DNA of 64,000 nucleotides from Chrysomallon squamiferum. Lineage: Eukaryota; Animalia; Mollusca. The position numbers and the translations under genes were made by a program. The stretch is taken from the NCBI GenBank assembly GCA_012295275.1, contig CM022667.1, positions 16,554,001 to 16,618,000 of the forward strand. Reading direction: 5' to 3'. Positions 33,741 to 64,000 of the stretch are shown piece after piece (within the stretch, counting starts at the first letter, position 1; each line of letters begins with the position of its first letter). Below the pieces are notes generated by a model. It worked only from the letters and a program-made list of their open reading frames with translations, did not search any database and was not told where the DNA came from.

Positions 33741-34642
33741 CATTCTGTTGTTGCTGTTGTCGTTGTAGCGGTGGCGGCGGTGGTTATTATATGATAATAA
33801 ATATATATACTTTTATGTAGAAACGTAATTAATTTTGACTCAATTTTCTTATTATAAAATCTGAAATATTTCGATAAATACATACATAAATAAAATATAA
33901 TAAAATAAAATGATAAAAAGAAATAAAAAGAAAGAAAAGAAGATAAAATTTAGAAATAAGACACTGTTTTCAAATGGACTTTTCCTCGCACAGAAAAACA
34001 GGTATAACTGCGTTTGCTACACCAATATATCATGGGACTTTAGTTTTAGAATGAGCTGACTTTACACTGTCACTCATCAGTATTTAGGCCACCGAGTTAG
34101 AGGTCGACCACGTTTGAACAGCCTTGTTGAAAGAAGAACATACTTCATATACAATGCTCTTTACACTATGTGCACTAGCTGTCCAGAGATACCATTACGG
34201 TATGGCGTGCACAATATCTGAACTCGTTATTTATCTGTCTACACGAAGACTTGAGAAACAGTTTACTTCGACTAAAGCTATTAAAAGGTTACAAAGAAGT
34301 CGCGTTAAAAATTTTCTTCATTGACGATTCTGCTGTTTGTGGCTCGGTACTAAGAAATATAAAAATATTTGTATTTTTTATCAGTTTGTTTATACACCTG
34401 GGTAACTGTCACTGTCACTACGTGTCGTTCGATCAAGATATACTGATAGATAGATAGATAGATTGATAGATATACTGATATATAAATAGACAGACAGACA
34501 TACAGGCAGGCAGGCAGGCAGGCTGGTAGATAGAGAGTCAGTCAGTAAGACAGACAGATAGATATATTCGTCGATCATCGATCCGATTATACGTCCACTA
34601 ACCCACACATTTGTTTATTTATTTATTTAGTTATTTATCTAG

Positions 34643-34678
<36 letters not shown>

Positions 34679-34731
34679 AAACTAAACTTCGTAAATCACC
34701 TCAATTGACAGATATCATTTAAGAAACGAGT

Positions 34732-35166
34732 ATGGATACAAGGGTACTACTGGTGTTATTCATCTGTTTTGTTTCTGTGTCTGGAATCTCATCCCCCTCA
34801 GCGCCAACAACCACAATACCAGCTCACTGTACCTACAAACAAAAGATGTACGAAGTCGGACAAGTGATTCCTACGAACGACCCCTGCATACACGAGTGCC
34901 AGTGTAAACTTTCTGAATTTTCGCCGGCTGTTCCTGAAGTTCGATGTACGTACATTGACATATTTACACCCATGTGTTTTGATCCCGTTGACCACGGGGC
35001 TGGTGCTTGTTACAGATATACATGTCCAGGTGAACAGTTTATATATGTCCTGTTGTTTTCGTTTTTTCTTGATCTTATTTTTCTCGACCTTCTTCTTCGT
35101 CTTCTTCTTCTTCTTGTTCTTCTTCTTCTTCTTCTTCTTCTTCTTCTTGTTCTTCTTCTTCTTCTT

Positions 35167-35197
<31 letters not shown>

Positions 35198-37080
35198 TTA
35201 TTATTATTATTAATTTGATCGTTATCAGAAATTTGTTTTTTTTTATATTAATCTTATATTACTAATACTATTACAAACAATTTCTGATAAAAGAGGATCT
35301 ACGTATTTGTATGACGATATTATATCATCATCGTTATTATTATTATTATTATTATGATTATTATTATTACAGAACGTAACTGTAAAACGCCATCAGGACA
35401 CGTGTTACGTGGAGATGAACACAGATATTTCTCTGATGATGGTGACTGCCGATGTCCTCCACAACCAACTGGTCTTCCTGGTGACCAGTGGAAACCTGAA
35501 AATGGCGTAGCGATGTGTTCCAAACCTACTACAACACCACCACCACCGACATCTACAACACCAGTACTAACCACTACAACGATGCCACAAACAACAGGTG
35601 AATGACTTTTTCATTTGACATAATAAATATTTAGACAGAAAAGAAGAAATAAAGAAAACGAAAAAGAGAATGAAAGAAAGAAAGAAAGAAAAATAATATT
35701 CATAAAATATCAAAGTAATGAACAGCTCAATACACAGTCTCTTATACAAATAATGGTCCGTGCACATATACACCAACATACAAACATTCCTACACATTTT
35801 AATATGCAAACAGAGACAGAGAAACTGAATGCAAATCTGTCCAGGTATAAAACGGTCAGAAATCTGTAGCGATCCTATTTACAGTTAATAACTGAAATTA
35901 GTAGAATGCTTCCAATAAACAAAAGAAATCAGTGCAAGCGAAAGGTGTTCTGTTTGGACATTGAGGATATTCCGTTTCAAAATATTTATTAATCTCAAAA
36001 ATAATGTTGTTTCCATACCCAGTAAATTATAAAAAATACACAAGATTAAAATTAAAATGATTGTTTTCAGTTTGAATTTCTCTAATATAGATTTATGTCA
36101 TTTTTGTTATAACAGCTATTGTTATTGTTGCTTTTGTTATTATCATTATCATTTTCAGTATTATTGTTATTGTTGCTTTTGTTATTATCATTATTATTAT
36201 TATTTTCATTATTATTGTTAGTGTTATTGTTGTTCTTATTGTTCCACACACACTACAGAGCTGACGCCACCTAGACCCACGCCTACAATGCCACCTCACT
36301 GCTCTCACAATGGACAGATGTACGGACCTGGACAAATCGTTCCAGACTATGAGCGTTGTGCGTACGAGTGTCGTTGTCAGCCTAGTTATGATTCGTCATC
36401 CCAATTAGAAATTCGTTGTATATACGCTGATTATTTACCACCAATGTGTTTCGATCCTGAAGGACCTGATAGTTGTGGAAGATATACATGTCGAGGTAGA
36501 CAACTTTTCAGTATCTCCTTATACCAACAGCAGTAGACGAAGTGGAAGTCTAATTGTTATTAGTGGTAGTATTAATAGTTTAGTTCGAGCATTAATATTG
36601 ATTTAGTAATAATAATGTTATAATTATTAGTAGTAACAGCACTAGTAGTACTAGTAGAATTAGTAGCAGAGGTGGAAATGGAAATGGTAGTAGTAATAGT
36701 TGTCGAAGTAGTAGCTGCTGTTGTGGTGTTTATTTTATAGTTGAAAGAGTAATAGCAACAGCCAGTAATGACGACTAAGAAGATATTATTGTGGAGGACT
36801 TTAAAAACGTGGGGCAATAGTAGAATCAGTGTGTAATATTAATAGTGTTAATAACAACACATTTATTGGGATCATAAATAGTGGTGTTTGGAGTAGTAGT
36901 AGTAATAGTTGTTATAGTAGTAGTATTACGTGTATTAGTAGTATTAGTGAAAATAGTAGGAGTAATTATAATAGTTGTAGTAGAAGTCGTTATAATACTA
37001 TAGTATGCAATAAAAAAGATTATTTATTTATTTATTTATTATTATTATTATTACTTTTGTTGTTGTTGTTGTTATTTTTA

Positions 37081-37132
<52 letters not shown>

Positions 37133-37978
37133 AGAACGTAACTGTAAAACGCCATCAGGACACGTGTTACATGGAAGAACAGAAATTCTTTAGTGATGAT
37201 GATGACTGTAAATGTCCTCTACAAGTACAAGTTATTGGTTCATGGCGACCAGAATATGGCGTGGCTTTGTGTTCAGGAACGACAACTACACCAGTTATCA
37301 CCTCTACGATGCCGCACACTACAAGTAAATGAATAAATATTTGGCACAGGAACATTTTTTTTATATAATATGGACAAATTATAGAAACTGCTATCGATAA
37401 ATGCATATATACACGAACGTAAATAAAAAGATAGATGTATAAAACGATAAAGAGATAGAAAGATACATACAGACATATAGATAATACAGAACATGTTGAA
37501 GTATGCATGTATGTATGCCTGTTTCTATTAATGTGTGTGTACCAATATATGTGTATACCAGTATGTGTGAATATATGTATGTATATATGTACGCATGTAT
37601 CTGTGTATGTGTATTCATGTATATTTATAACATAGTTGCGAATTATTTATACACTGAAGTACGTGTGCGTGTCTGTATGTAAGTGTGTGTTTAGCATAGT
37701 TTTCAGTTCTGACTGTTTCTTTTACTGCCTTCTTCTGCTTTGTTATATTATTTTCATAAGTTTCTTTTGCTTTACATTTTCGGGTCGTTATTAAAATGTT
37801 TTATTTTTCAGTACACTGGAGTGTTTCAGCAGCATTAGAAAACACAACAGCGACACATGGAAACAGTTCTACCGAAGAACAACATAACTACGCGAATTCA
37901 CTTTTACCAACATCTTCATTTGGCTTCTTATTCCCAACATTTCTATGTTTTGTTTCTGTTTGTGAAATTCACCGCTGA
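34732..37978 (+). CDS. Secreted or GPI-anchored cysteine-rich protein with von Willebrand factor type C (VWC)-like modules ('CysA'); one frameshift in the fourth coding exon
   Basis: Coding exons are 34732-35029 (signal peptide MDTRVLLVLFICFVSVSG plus 8-Cys module), 35373-35597 (4-Cys module plus Thr/Pro linker), 36259-36495 (8-Cys module), 37135-37324 (4-Cys module; 190 nt, 2 nt short of frame, TAG at 37191) and 37812-37978 (hydrophobic C-terminus NSLLPTSSFGFLFPTFLCFVSVCEIHR). All introns are phase-1 GT-AG. The product is about 372 aa if the frameshift is corrected. Confidence 0.8.
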
Positions 37979-39005
37979 CTTGATTTTCTATTTTCTGCAG
38001 TTTAGGACACAGAGTGCTACAAAGTAGTTATGATCAAACGTTGGATCGTTAGAAGAGTAATATGTCTACATTCTGTTTTTAACAGATTTGTTTTTTGAAA
38101 TCTTCCATTGCTTTATTTATTTATTTATTTATATTGTTGTTATTATTATTTATTTACTTACTTACTTATTAATTTTGTTTTGTTTTTCTCAGGCATTTAA
38201 GTCTTTTTATTATTCTGTTTGCTTTCACTAAATTTGTTAATAGTAGGCCTATAAAGACACAGAGCAGTCTATGAAGCACAAGTTTGCCTGGAAGATATCT
38301 TGATATTCAACCATTATGCTTTTCAAACGTGAACAACATAATTTGTCACAACTGTCATTATAATAAAACAAAAACATAAGAAAAAAAAATAATAGTAATC
38401 ACTATTTTGTGTCCATGATAAAAAAAATTCTTACACTTTAACTGTGACAGAGACATTTCCGAGTTAATCACTACTAAGATTTTTAGATTCAAGTGACTGC
38501 GTTATAACCGCATTTAACTGCAGTTGCTTTTTATTCGTTATGTTCTTGATATTCAGAAATATTGAGAAGATTTGGGTTTGAAAAGAACAGAATCTGGATT
38601 CACATGTTGCGTATGCTCCAACAGTTCTTTGAAGCATCGAGAGAAAGAGAGAGAGAGAGAGAGTTACCCATACCGAGCCAAAACAAATCATTGTACATCT
38701 TGATTTGATGTTTCGTAACAGTGCTGAAGTAGTAAGTCGTGCTCTGTTTATGTTTGGTTGAGAAATAAAAACGAAATCAAAACGCTGCGTCTGTTACTGC
38801 ATTTAAGTCTTTAATAAATACATCTCTGTACTATTCGTACTAGTTTTTTATTAATTTATTTATTCAGACATTTAAAAAATATATATTCTGCTTTATTACT
38901 TTTAAAAAAAAATCTTCTTGTTCTTAATATTTTTACGATATCTCATAATAATTATCAGATAACAATGAATTAAGCACTGAGTGTATGAATATATACATTC
39001 TTACT

Positions 39006-39079
<74 letters not shown>

Positions 39080-40272
39080 TATATATATATATGGCATTTG
39101 CGTCAGTTTTAAAAAAAGAAAAATAATTGCTCTCACGACAGCAATAATAACCTAATATATTCTTTTCAATAACTTATATATACACAGACGCGCACACATA
39201 CATAAGATAACACCAAATAAGTACACAAATAAATGAAATGAAAGAAAACGTGATAGATATATGTCTTTAATTTCCCATCACGTTTCTCGTTTCCATTTAG
39301 AATAATCGAGTTTTCGGTTAGTATGTCAAAACTGGGTGGCACACAAACGAATTCTTCTTTCCTAAACGCGCAAAACGTGCTGTTTATCTATATATGCATT
39401 CATTACTTAGTTTGCTACATATAACATTAATGACTTATGTACTTTTGTATTATAAAGAGTTTACTGTGTTCATAACTTGAGGTGGTATGATTTATAATAG
39501 CTTTCTTTACAAATACTGACCACACAAAATTTTCGCACGAAAAGGCAACAGTAAAAATTATTTGTGAACGTGCGTATGTGTATGTATACATTTACATAAG
39601 TGTATGAGAGAAAAACAGACAGAAAAAGAAAAAGAAAGGACACAGAGAAAAATATAATGTTTTGAGAATGAAATACAAACACAATAAGTGAACGACCGAA
39701 AAAGACAGAGACAGAGAAATAAAGACATTGGGAGAGAGTGCATAGTATATTATGTTCTTATAATTAAATAAATGAATAAATGAACAAGAAAACAGATAAA
39801 TTCATTGTCTGTGTTTGAAACGTGAATCTTTACATTAGTCCTCGACAGAACCTTAACCGCCGCTTCAGTAGATGTTTCCACACTCATATTTAACTTTATT
39901 ACAAATTCTCAAAAAGGAAAACAAAACATAAATAAATAAACAATTCCTTCCATATTGCATTAGTTCATTAATTTATTTATTTTTATGTTTTTGAAAACTA
40001 AAGTTGATTGTGAAATTTGCTCATCTAATATCACTTCAGAAATGAGCACACTGGTTTTTCTTTCTTTATATTTTCTTTTCTTTTATTACTTCTATTTTCT
40101 TTTTTTTTAATTTCTAGTTGTTTTGTTTTTTTCAGTTTTAGATTTTTTTTTTTGTAATTGTTTTTTTTTTCTACTTCTAAGATAAGCACTCTTAGTTTTA
40201 ATTTGAACGACTCCAATCAATATATAATTTTTCCAGCTCAAATTTTATGTCGTCCTTTTGTTATGTTTCTAC

Positions 40273-40667
40273 CAGTGCCAGATTTACTGTGATAGTCGCC
40301 CAAAGGCTACAGATATTTCACCGCCCCCTCTTCAAGCCCACCTCACCCTTCCCACTTTGTTTATTATATAATATGAAATACATGATTTTTTATAACTTAT
40401 GGAACAGCGCACAAATTCTTACTGAAAAAGCGCACACCCCAAAAAATATCAGTATTTTTACAAAGTTTCTGTGCAGTAGATATTTATTCTTAGTCATAAT
40501 AATTTACTTGAATTAGATCAAAAGAGCCCAAATTTTAACAAAGCGCACAACTCAATAATTTAGCACACAATCTCCTGAATCAGCGCACAATTGTGACCAG
40601 TAACAGTTTTCATAAACTGCCGCCCTAGCCTCTAGCCTAGAAAGCCTGTATGGGAAATCAGGCCTTA
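40273..40667. mobile_element. Older non-autonomous hAT-type DNA transposon (MITE), 395 bp
   Basis: Degenerate TIRs CAGTGCCAGATTT and AAATCAGGCCTTA, an 8-bp TSD GTTTCTAC/GTTTCTGC (40265-40272, 40668-40675), subterminal GCCC/GGCT motifs and internal GCGCACA repeats. Confidence 0.7.
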
Positions 40668-40739
40668 GTTTCTGCTGTATACAACCAGATTTAATTTTAT
40701 TTCCTTTTTTTCTAATCGGGATGGTTCTTCACTTGTAAG

Positions 40740-40773
<34 letters not shown>

Positions 40774-40878
40774 CTGTTTAACAGAGGTTACGTTATCATT
40801 TTCTTTCCGTTCGGTGAAATTATGTCTATCTATATGTATATATGTGTATATGTTTTATTATGACTATGTATGTATGAG

Positions 40879-40914
<36 letters not shown>

Positions 40915-41204
40915 CGTGTGTGTGTGCTGTTTTAGCAGCGGTAGAAATAGTACAAAGAGAGTAGCAGTAGTCGTAGTAATAATAATGATAACAGTAGTAA
41001 CAGTGGTAGTAGTAGTAATACTACTAGTAATAATAGTAATAGTACTAGTGGTAATAGTAGTAATACTACTAGTACTAGCAGTAGTAGTGAATCAACTAAA
41101 TCTATACTCACCACTCTACCATTTTAAGAGTCTTTCATTAATACTCACTTCCGTGTTAACTCGTCACCATAGCGAGGTGTGACCCATATCTATTAATAGA
41201 CCCT

Positions 41205-41287
41205 CCACGTGGCTGAAATGACATGGCGAACTCTACGCGTAGCCTAACGCGACGCGTTTCTGTACTGCAACATAACGCGTATATAAA
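41205..41287 (+). promoter_or_regulatory. Core promoter of Arf paralog B (TATA box plus ACGTGGC element)
   Basis: TATATAAA at 41280 lies ~170 nt upstream of the ATG. CCACGTGGC is at 41205, TGACATGGC at 41219, and three ACGCGT sites fall within 41235-41280. Confidence 0.55.
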
Positions 41288-41450
41288 CCGCAGTGAAATA
41301 CATTGAGATAACATACCTTAGAAAAAGCATAGGATCAAACTGCTATATTAATTTTGTACGCGATATTAAATTTGTGAAACGATTCAGGACGTGTTACTAA
41401 ACAGTGGTGTTTTTAAACGAGACATTTTCATCAGGAAAAACTACAGCAGA

Positions 41451-43517
<2,067 letters not shown>

Positions 43518-43853
43518 TGTTGACGTCAGCAACTGTAACTTTCGCAGGATTAAATTGATCCGTCCAACCATATGACGCTATGCAGGACTTTTTCTGTTTC
43601 TGAGAGACTGCTCAAATTTGAGAAAAAGGAAAGCTAACTGAAAATGTTAACGTTTCCTAACATTTTAATAAACCCATTATATGAAACCAGTGATAGAGGT
43701 ATTTGTAATACAAAAAACATTGAGACCAAAACTAAGATTGTAAATTGTGAGAATGATGTATCCGTCCGTACATTTTGTATATTTCGTTACCATTATGATC
43801 ATGAATTCTTTTATCTGATCATGAATTTATTTATATATTTCATAATACATTTA

Positions 43854-43951
<98 letters not shown>

Positions 43952-44446
43952 GTGTTATTGCATATTTATGTAATATCCATGCTGCTATAAAATAAATTTG
44001 CATATCATTTTCAGACTTATTTTTCTTCACATTTCTCGTTTCATATAAGGTTATGGACAGTTGACTGAAGTAAGTAATTGTTCAGTGGCTGACTGATCCT
44101 GAACATCATAGTTTTTTTCCTGTCTCAGCTCTATCACCAAGTTATCACTCATTCTTGACTGATCGCATAGATAAACAAATAACCACAAGAAATACTTTAA
44201 AGTTTTCACACTTATTTAATTCCTAAAACAAAACACGAACAGCCGCTGTGTTATTCTTCTTTTGTTTCTGTTCAGTACCGTTCTTTGTTGTTGTCACTGA
44301 CGCCGTGTTCATTCTGAGAAAAAAAGATGAAACAACAACATACATATGATTAGTTTTCTTACTTTTTACAAGAATTACAGTAATCAAATTATACTGTAAA
44401 ATTCCAGTGTAGATGGACTGTGACAAAAAGCGACGGATTACTTACC

Positions 44447-48398
<3,952 letters not shown>

Positions 48399-49239
48399 GA
48401 TCTTTCTCAGATTTATCCTACACGCACCTTTTGTCAGATTTCGTTCCACGATGAATAAATAAGAATATAAGAAGGTTTGAATATTTATTGTAGAATTTTC
48501 AAATCGCAATCGTTCATTACATTATATACCTACACGTATGATACGAACAGCTGACTCTGTGAAATCGTTTCTTATTGTCACGTTAACATTTACATTGAAA
48601 TGGCGAAGAATTATTAACAAAAGATACCAGGTATTATGTTATTCAAATCTGAAAAACGGGCAAACAGCTGGCTGTGCGTTTTCTTTCAGATGTTGCATTT
48701 GATTTCTTAGACTGAAAAGAAATTATCGGTCTAATAATACGAACAGATATTTTAACAGAACTTTAGGTTAAGAGGTTTGATGTTAATAGCCCTACTTTTC
48801 TTCTATTGTTATTAATGAAAGTATATGCACGTGTGGTGTGTGTGTGTGTGTGTGTTGTGTGTGTGTGTGTAGACATATATATATAGACACGTATGTATAT
48901 ATGTATATATATACCACACACAAACACAAATGATAGGATAAATAATGAAATAGTATTTTAAGAAATTAAATGATTATTAATATTTTATTAATACTTGGCG
49001 GCTATTGATAAATAATAATAAAAATTGTCTATACAAAACGTAGATTTCTACTGTGAATTAATCTGTACTGCTGTTTTGTTAGATTTATGTCAGTAGGAAT
49101 TTATTTTCTTTGTTATAACTGATAACTTGAAGACACTGACAGCTGTTAATGACAATGTAATTGTCTGTTGTTAGCTGAAAGGCAAAAGAGAAACAATGTA
49201 TTAGAAAGCAATTCTCTTTTATATTAATAATAAGTATAA

Positions 49240-49293
<54 letters not shown>

Positions 49294-49534
49294 AAGAAGA
49301 AGAAGAAGATGATGATGATGATGATGATGATAATAATAAGGATGGCGATGACGGCGACAGTAATAATACTAACAATAACAACAATAATAAACATGAAAGA
49401 GAGTGCAATAATTAAGTCACCTCCTGTGATTTATTGCCATGAAAGTTAATTTATTTCTAGCTTATTTTCTTATATATATATATATAATGCACAAATAAGC
49501 CATTTGTAAAATGATAATACCAAAATGACATCCA

Positions 49535-49568
<34 letters not shown>

Positions 49569-50490
49569 TATTATTATTATTATTATTACTATTACTACTA
49601 CTATCACTACTACTACTACTATTATTATTACTACCAAATAACACCAATTGCTTTATAAAGATATTTGTATTAAGAAGGATAAGTTCAGATAAATGACTTT
49701 GGTTGCTCATTATGTACAGTGCCGTGTCCGTTTACTAATAAAGTTTAAGTTATAATGTTTTATTTATTTATTTATTATTTATTTTATTTTTTATTTTTAT
49801 TTTGTTTCATTCAGATATAATAATACTAAAATTTAAACCGTTCTTCTTGGAAATGCAATTGTACAACAGATAACATTTTCTTTCAGTTATGTTAATGAAT
49901 TTCAAATCAGCATTGAAGTCAATCCAGATTTAAACTTTCAAAGCATATTCTTCTCTTGAAAAACTAAAGATTTATCTGTTTACATGTGCGTTGTTTCACA
50001 ATGTATTATCAATATAATTCTAAGCAAAAACAAAAAGACCTGCGGAAACATTAAGACATATTTCCTTTCGAATTACTTTCATAAAATAATTTAAAGTCTG
50101 TTGTCAATTCAGCTTACTTCATAAGATATGAAATTAATGTCATAATCCTGATCAGTGATGAAATAATTCAATTATCCAGATTAGATATTTATATTTTAAT
50201 ACTAAACAGATATGCGGTAAGTTTTGAAGTTACAGTATTATCAAAATCCTCAATCTTAATTTGCAGATTAAAAAAGGCCGCTGTTGGAATATACGTAATT
50301 TTATTTTTATTTTTTTTTTTTTTTTTTTTAATACGGTTCATTCTGAATTAATGTCAAAATCCTCTGAATTAAACATGTGGATTTAAGCATGACGTCGTAG
50401 AAGAACTGTCCAAGCACAAGGATGAAATTGTTGTTTTAAAGCAAATGCTTTCAGAGTAAGAACGTACATTTTTAACACAAAGGTTGCAGA

Positions 50491-61958
<11,468 letters not shown>

Positions 61959-62219
61959 GATTTGTAAGTGAGAAATGTGTTTAAACAGCAACTGACCTGG
62001 CAGTTGTGCAACCATTTTAAAGAATTTATATATGTGTATATTCAAGTTATAAATGTGGCTCTTGAAATTAATTGTGAACTTATGTAAATCGACTTAGATT
62101 TTATTTTAATAACTGCTATCAGTGATTAAACTTACTGAAATAGGAGAGGCTTTTATTTATTTTTAAATCCATTCAAGTGTATTGTTAACTATGAATGCAT
62201 TATTATTATTATTATTATT

Positions 62220-62263
<44 letters not shown>

Positions 62264-63339
62264 CAAAACTGTGACGCCTAAATTAAGCACTCAATAAAAC
62301 TGAACCATTTTAGATACAGAAATATGATCGTATATCATCAAACATCATCTGATTACCTTTAGATCTCTGAACATCGCTAAAATACTTTTGGAATTAAATA
62401 TTATGCTGCAGTTTAGAATTTAGTGAAATTTCAAATTTTCAGAATCAGATTATTTTTATTTACACAGAGTCTTAATTTTAATATTGCATATTGTCGCAAT
62501 TTTTAATTTACTGCGGAAATACTAAGGCTATTTTATTATACATTTTTATTTTATTATTATTACTATATTAACTACGAACAAATGATCTATTAAAAGTGTA
62601 TAAGTTATGTTTTGTCATTTTGCTCTTCAAATTATCACTGTAAAATAATATTCTTACCAAAAATTATTTATCACGTCATTAATATCACAGAACGTCTTTA
62701 CATAGTTTAACGACTGTATTATATATTGTGAACCTCATACTACTTAAATTCTTGAATCCCCGGAAGACTCTTTACAAAATTTCACTAATACGTAATCTCT
62801 GGTGTTATATCTTCAGTATGTCAAATAAAATGTACACCTTGTTATGAGTATAATGAAAGTTGTATAATGAAAATAAAATATATATATATACCTACGGTGT
62901 AAATATCCTTTTACAGATTTGTTTACAGTTCTATAATTTAAAATTTCTGAATGAACTTGAAGTAGGTATGTTACAAAAATATTCAACTCGAAGATACCAG
63001 AAAATATCCTGTTTCATCGGATACAGCCTTAAGAAAGAAACAAAATGAGACCAAAATTTTGAAATATTTTTGACGCTGCAAAATGTACCAATTCTCTTCT
63101 TATTGTTTTTCTATATCAATTGGCCAAATAGTGTGATCCAGAGTAAAACAGAAAAAGAGCCGAAAAAGTCTATATCTCCTCAAAAATGTACAAAAGAGAA
63201 GTGTAAACACTGTTTTAATTTTTTTTTTTTTTTTTTTGAAGCCAAAGGAAACATCAACAAAAGCCGAAAAATCGCTGAAAACAGAATTAGAGTATAAACA
63301 AAAGCTTTAAACAGTTTATAATAACATAAACAAACGCTC

Positions 63340-63810
63340 TCGACCAATCAGAAGGCAGCATTTGGTTGACGTATCCTTATTCCCTCAAACAGCTACGTCC
63401 ATTATATTAACAAAGAATTGCGTGCAATATCGTCCGCAATCAAATAAGCCATGTTCGCAAATGTAGACTCACACGAAATTTGGCAGAAATAAAGTTAAAT
63501 AAATGAGCTATTGAAAGCGTATGTATTTTTTTTTTTTAAATAGCTCACTTGCTAAGACTACTTGGATGACTTTGTAAGGTTTTTTGAACTTTGTTCGCAA
63601 CAATATTGGAGATGCTTGTGTTTAAAAGAAATTAAATTATGGAAGGCGAGGATGCGTAGAAATGTGAGCAAACACTCATCAATAATTGTATTCTTGGAAA
63701 TCTATTTATAAGCTGTCAACAGGCCATTTTCTGAGGGTCCTCTCTCTGTCCGCTGCTACTAGAGAACGAGGCCATCAGTGATTAACGGAAAAGCCGTGAC
63801 AGCGGTAAGT
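63340..63810 (+). promoter_or_regulatory. Candidate promoter and 5' exon of a downstream gene
   Basis: CCAAT box GACCAATCAG at ~63342, TGACG nearby, raised CpG, and donor GCG|GTAAGT (GT at 63805). No convincing ORF. Confidence 0.3.
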
Positions 63811-64000
63811 GCGTAACTGTAACATTGCTACTTGAAGATAACCTTTAATATATGTGGCTTTTCATATGAAATAAATTCTTCTTTATTCTTTTTTCGTTTA
63901 TTTTAGTTTATACCATTTTTCTTGATTGCTATCATTAAAACAAGAATAACATTAACAATGTAGTCTGTTGTAGGCATACGACAGAAATTTGAAACAATGT

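Overview
AT-rich, microsatellite-dense eukaryotic genomic DNA. The gene families suggest a mollusc or other lophotrochozoan (inference). The first ~27 kb has no supportable coding gene, only simple repeats, minisatellites and a possible minus-strand first exon near 16.4 kb. From 28 to 62 kb, five spliced genes can be rebuilt by hand from GT-AG sites. Two are 4-exon, 189-aa Arf-family GTPase paralogs (28045-29814 minus; 41451-43517 plus). They are interleaved with two paralogous signal-peptide genes built from an 8-Cys VWC-derived module plus a 4-Cys half-module (34732-37978 plus, probably GPI-anchored; 44447-48398 minus, five tandem units). The fifth is a 10-exon type I membrane mosaic protein (50491-61958): sushi x2, degenerate F-type lectin, sushi, two 4-Cys kringles, an unknown Cys domain, a mucin stalk and a TM segment. 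Four small frameshifts may be assembly errors or real lesions. Two non-autonomous hAT elements with TIRs and 8-bp TSDs lie upstream of the Arf genes. Most ORFs in the supplied track are microsatellite artefacts. All calls come from manual reading; no database search was run.
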